Positions 28,889 through 32,000 of a stretch of 32,000 nt of DNA are shown here, piece by piece. Both the position numbers and the translations under genes were made by a program. This DNA comes from Nitrosococcus oceani ATCC 19707 (GTDB lineage Bacteria > Pseudomonadota > Gammaproteobacteria > Nitrosococcales > Nitrosococcaceae): assembly GCF_000012805.1 (NCBI RefSeq), contig NC_007484.1, positions 1,230,001 to 1,262,000 on the forward strand. The letters run 5' to 3'. The notes beneath the pieces are model-generated. The model saw nothing but the letters and a program-made list of their open reading frames with translations, was not told the DNA's origin and did not search any database. Position 1 is the first letter of the stretch; each line of letters begins with the position of its first letter.

Positions 28889-30103
28889 ATGGAGAGTATA
28901 AAGATGCTAACCAATGATCAAAGCAAGTACGATTTTGCTACGCTGGCAGTGCGAGCGGGGCAGCAACGTACTGGTGAGGGTGAACATGCCGAGCCTATAT
29001 TTCCTACTTCCAGCTTTGTGTTTGAAAGTGCTACAGAAGCTGCTGCTTGTTTCGCAGGAGAAATAGCAGGAAATATTTATTCCCGATTTACTAACCCTAC
29101 GGTCCGGACTTTTGAGCAACGCCTTGCAGCTTTAGAAGGGGGTGAGCGTTGCGTGGCGACTTCATCGGGGATGGCGGCTATCCTTGCGACTTGTATGGCG
29201 CTGTTGAAGGCAGGAGATCATATCGTTTCCTCGGAGAATATTTTTGGAACGACGCGGGTTCTCTTCAATAAATATCTGGCCCGCTTTGGCGTAGAGACCA
29301 CCTTTGTTCCTCTCATTCAGTTGGAAGCCTGGGAAAACGCCTTGCGTCCCAATACTCGCTTACTATTTCTGGAAACGCCTTCCAACCCTCTGAATGAAAT
29401 AGCAGATATCGTTCAACTATCCAGTCTGGCGCAGGCCCATGGTTGCTTATTAGTGGTGGATAATTGTTTTTGTACTCCTGCTTTGCAGCGCCCTTTCGAG
29501 CTAGGGGCGGATCTTGTTATTCACTCTGCCACCAAGTACCTCGATGGCCAAGGGCGGTGCGTGGGGGGCGCCGTAGTGGGTGATGGGCAACGGGTAGGAG
29601 AGGAAATCTTTGGCTTTTTGCGTACTGCGGGTCCAACAATGAGTCCCTTCAATGCCTGGGTTTTTCTTAAAGGTTTAGAAACCTTGCAATTGCGGATGGA
29701 AGCGCTGAGTCGACAGGCTCAGGCTTTGGCCGAATGGTTGGAAGCGGAGCCAAAAGTTTCAAGGGTATATTATGCAGGTTTGCCTTCCCATCCTCAACAC
29801 ACGCTGGCCTCGAAGCAACAGTCGGGCTTTGGTGGCCTGGTCGCATTCGAGCTAAAAGGAGGGAAGGCGGCCGCCTGGAAACTTATCGATTCTCTCAAGT
29901 TTATCTCTATTACTGCTAATCTTGGGGATGTGAAAACCACCATTACTCACCCGGCTACCACGACCCATGGTCGTTTAACGGAGGAGGAGCGATTGGCAGC
30001 AGGTATCAGCGATGGTTTGGTACGAATCTCCGTGGGTTTAGAGTCCCTTGAGGATATTAAAAAAGATTTACAGCGGGGTTTGGATAGGATGGCCCAAGGT
30101 TGA
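28889..30103 (+). CDS. metZ: O-succinylhomoserine sulfhydrylase (Cys/Met-metabolism PLP enzyme)
   Basis: [28 protein letters not shown]...[25 protein letters not shown]...ETPSNPL...[12 protein letters not shown] (PLP lysine)...[20 protein letters not shown]. The start may instead be the ATG at 28904, which has GGAGAG 7 nt upstream. Confidence 0.9.
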   Translation: MESIKMLTNDQSKYDFATLAVRAGQQRTGEGEHAEPIFPTSSFVFESATEAAACFAGEIAGNIYSRFTNPTVRTFEQRLAALEGGERCVATSSGMAAILATCMALLKAGDHIVSSENIFGTTRVLFNKYLARFGVETTFVPLIQLEAWENALRPNTRLLFLETPSNPLNEIADIVQLSSLAQAHGCLLVVDNCFCTPALQRPFELGADLVIHSATKYLDGQGRCVGGAVVGDGQRVGEEIFGFLRTAGPTMSPFNAWVFLKGLETLQLRMEALSRQAQALAEWLEAEPKVSRVYYAGLPSHPQHTLASKQQSGFGGLVAFELKGGKAAAWKLIDSLKFISITANLGDVKTTITHPATTTHGRLTEEERLAAGISDGLVRISVGLESLEDIKKDLQRGLDRMAQG

Positions 30104-30149
30104 AAATATCCTTGTTGAATGTCGCGGCGATTTTGAAAGGAGCCTAAAC

Positions 30150-30569
30150 ATGAAAAGTTATCGTAAGGAACTTTGGTTCAATGTGCCTAACCGCCGGGGG
30201 TTCGTCAATATGACCCCCCAGGTGGAGGAGTGTCTGGGCGAAAGCGGCGTAAGGGAAGGTTTAGTGCTTGTTAATGCAATGCATATCACCGCCAGCGTTT
30301 TTATTAACGATGACGAGCCTGGATTACACCATGATTATGAGGAGTGGCTAGAGAAGCTTGCACCCCATGAGCCTATCCGGCAGTACCGGCACAATGATAC
30401 CGGAGAAGATAATGCCGATGGCCACATGAAACGCCAAATCATGGGCCGGGAAGTCGTGGTTGCCGTGACCGAGGGGCGCTTGGACTTCGGACCTTGGGAG
30501 CAGATTTTTTATGGTGAGTTTGATGGTCGCCGGCGTAAACGGGTTTTGGTCAAGATTATCGGAGAATAG
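30150..30569 (+). CDS. yjbQ: YjbQ/UPF0047 family protein (secondary thiamine-phosphate synthase-type)
   Basis: [27 protein letters not shown]...[31 protein letters not shown]...[47 protein letters not shown] lies 8 nt before the ATG at 30150. The track start at 30048 would overlap metZ. Confidence 0.9.
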   Translation: MKSYRKELWFNVPNRRGFVNMTPQVEECLGESGVREGLVLVNAMHITASVFINDDEPGLHHDYEEWLEKLAPHEPIRQYRHNDTGEDNADGHMKRQIMGREVVVAVTEGRLDFGPWEQIFYGEFDGRRRKRVLVKIIGE

Positions 30570-31455
30570 GCTTTTTCTGGGTTTCTCTCAAATCCTCCAA
30601 AATATCGTTTATGTGGTTGATGAGCAGAGAAAAATGACCTTCATTAGGGAGATAATGGGCCTGGACGGTGGGTAGTATTTTTGCCAGGTACCGGGCATGG
30701 GAGAGGGGTACCGTTGCATCGGCTTCCCCCTGCCATAGCTGAATGTTTAAATTAATTTCTTTTAGCAGGAATCCCCAAGGGTGAGCATAGAGCTTAAAAT
30801 CTAAAAGCGCGCCTTTGGGACCATTGCGAAAGGCTTCTTGTATGGACACCAAGTGAAATCTTTTCATATCGTGGCGTTTTAGCGCTTGGCTGTCTGCCTC
30901 TGGGGCGGAAATGGTTAATAAAGATTGGGTTAGCCGGGGGAACCAGCACAACGCTCGGGCAATGATTCCTCCATAGATAAAGGGTAAGAGCCAGGATGCA
31001 CGTTTAGCTAAGCCGAATCCCAAGCGAGCGGGCCATTTCATCTCACGGGCTGCCCAAGGTTCATATACTGGCCCGAGGCCATTAACGATGCTAACTCCCC
31101 GAAGGCAAGAAGGGATTCTCCAGGCGCAGGCAAGAGCATAGGGGCCACCTCCTGACATTCCCAAAAGGGAAAAAGAAGAAATACCTAGGATATAAGCGAG
31201 TTCAGCCACATCATCAGGCCAATCAAGAATGCGCCGTTTGGGCTTGAAATCCGATAATCCATAGCCTGGGCGATCGATAGCAATAATACGCCAGCGATTT
31301 TTTCTTGCCGGCGCATCAATGATTTTGGCTTCCAGCCGGGAGGCCGGAAAACCATGGCAATAAAAGAGAGGCTCGCCTTGAAGATCACCGTATTCGGCAT
31401 AGCCGAGACGGCGGCCGTCCTTGAGTATCACGTGTTGATTGCTGAGATGAGTCAT
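30556..31455 (-). CDS. alpha/beta-fold hydrolase
   Basis: HGFPASRLE, nucleophile elbow [11 protein letters not shown] (G-x-S-x-G), and C-terminal NEGHFSL (catalytic His region). It is convergent with yjbQ and overlaps its 3' end by 14 nt. Confidence 0.85.
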   Translation of the reverse strand: MTHLSNQHVILKDGRRLGYAEYGDLQGEPLFYCHGFPASRLEAKIIDAPARKNRWRIIAIDRPGYGLSDFKPKRRILDWPDDVAELAYILGISSFSLLGMSGGGPYALACAWRIPSCLRGVSIVNGLGPVYEPWAAREMKWPARLGFGLAKRASWLLPFIYGGIIARALCWFPRLTQSLLTISAPEADSQALKRHDMKRFHLVSIQEAFRNGPKGALLDFKLYAHPWGFLLKEINLNIQLWQGEADATVPLSHARYLAKILPTVQAHYLPNEGHFSLLINHINDILEDLRETQKKPILR

Positions 31456-31573
31456 TATTAACTATTACTGTTCTTAATGTAAGTTTTTGATTCGAAATAT
31501 TCTACCGCTTGTAACGTCTGAGTGGACAGAGACTTGTCAGATGGCTTCCCGGTACGTAGAATTAACCTTAATT

Positions 31574-31647
31574 GCGGGTGTAGTTCAATGGTAGAACCTC
31601 AGCTTCCCAAGCTGATGACGTGGGTTCGATTCCCATCACCCGCTCCA
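31574..31647 (+). tRNA. tRNA-Gly (anticodon CCC), CCA encoded
   Basis: GCGGGTGTAGTTCAATGGTAGAACCTCAGCTTCCCAAGCTGATGACGTGGGTTCGATTCCCATCACCCGCTCCA, with anticodon stem TCAGC/GCTGA and loop TTCCCAA. Confidence 0.9.
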
Positions 31648-31790
31648 GAAGTTAAAGGCTTACGGGAAATCCAAGCGCATTTTTTTCCTTGCTTTTTGTT
31701 ACACTTCTCCGCCGAGCCCTATAGTTCCTTGGATAACAGACGAAGTAATTCTCACGCAAAGGATCTAAGGCAGGGGGATCGGCTGATACC

Positions 31791-32000
31791 ATGAATGCTA
31801 TAAACTGTATCTGGGCATTGACTAGATATAGTCTCCTAGGGACAATATTAATTGTAGGTGTTGCCTGTTCTTCTGGCGGCTCTCCCGAGCTATCGAAGTT
31901 ACCTCCTAATGGAATTATCCTAGCTTTTGGGGACAGCCTTACCTATGGTACGGGGGCAGGGGGTTCCCAATATAGCTACCCGAGCATTCTTGCAGAAAAG
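31791..32000 (+). CDS. SGNH/GDSL-family hydrolase lipoprotein (arylesterase/TesA-like), N-terminal 70 codons only
   Basis: My own translation reads MNAINCIWALTRYSLLGTILIVGVACSSGG...GIILAFGDSLTYGTG. It has a lipobox (VGVAC) and GDSL block I. It runs off the window end, so it is not in the ORF track. Confidence 0.8.
   Translation, partial: MNAINCIWALTRYSLLGTILIVGVACSSGGSPELSKLPPNGIILAFGDSLTYGTGAGGSQYSYPSILAEK

Noticed and set aside
30048-30149. The upstream start of the yjbQ ORF, overlapping metZ.
   Set aside because: The conserved YjbQ sequence starts at [10 protein letters not shown] (30150) with its own AAAGGAG. The extension overlaps the metZ C-terminus in another frame.

Overview
This is a chromosomal window from a moderately GC-rich proteobacterium. 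The gene order looks gammaproteobacterial, but that is inference only and no database was consulted.

Left part: the first gene of a nuo operon (nuoA, minus strand, running off the edge). It is followed by a TAT-signal intradiol-dioxygenase-like protein and an RND efflux pair (adaptor plus pump, no outer-membrane factor).

About 6.3-10.4 kb is visibly AT-richer and accessory-looking. It holds a tandem PRC-barrel protein, a secreted alpha-carbonic anhydrase, a secreted Met/His/Gln-rich small protein and inorganic pyrophosphatase.

About 10.4-14.6 kb is a gene-poor, low-GC islet abutting the 3' end of tRNA-Asn. It contains gene debris, including a frameshifted and internally deleted C-terminal remnant of a type I R-M hsdM. 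Its only convincingly intact genes are a same-strand pair: a J-domain (HPD) multi-pass membrane protein and a 194-aa protein with a PD-(D/E)xK-like D...ExK core. This pair is my best candidate for an undescribed conflict or defence module.

The right half is mostly housekeeping:
- a class I aminotransferase divergent from uvrB
- tRNA-Val
- the conserved thrS-infC-rpmI-rplT-pheS-pheT-ihfA-MerR-like block; infC appears to start on a non-AUG codon, and a very strong hairpin terminator sits just before pheS
- tRNA-Pro
- a three-gene cassette (LuxI/N-acyl-amino-acid-synthase-like acyltransferase, half-size PstS-like periplasmic protein, outer-membrane beta-barrel)
- metZ, yjbQ, an alpha/beta hydrolase, tRNA-Gly, and the start of an SGNH/GDSL lipoprotein

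I saw no CRISPR array, intact IS element, integrase or rRNA.
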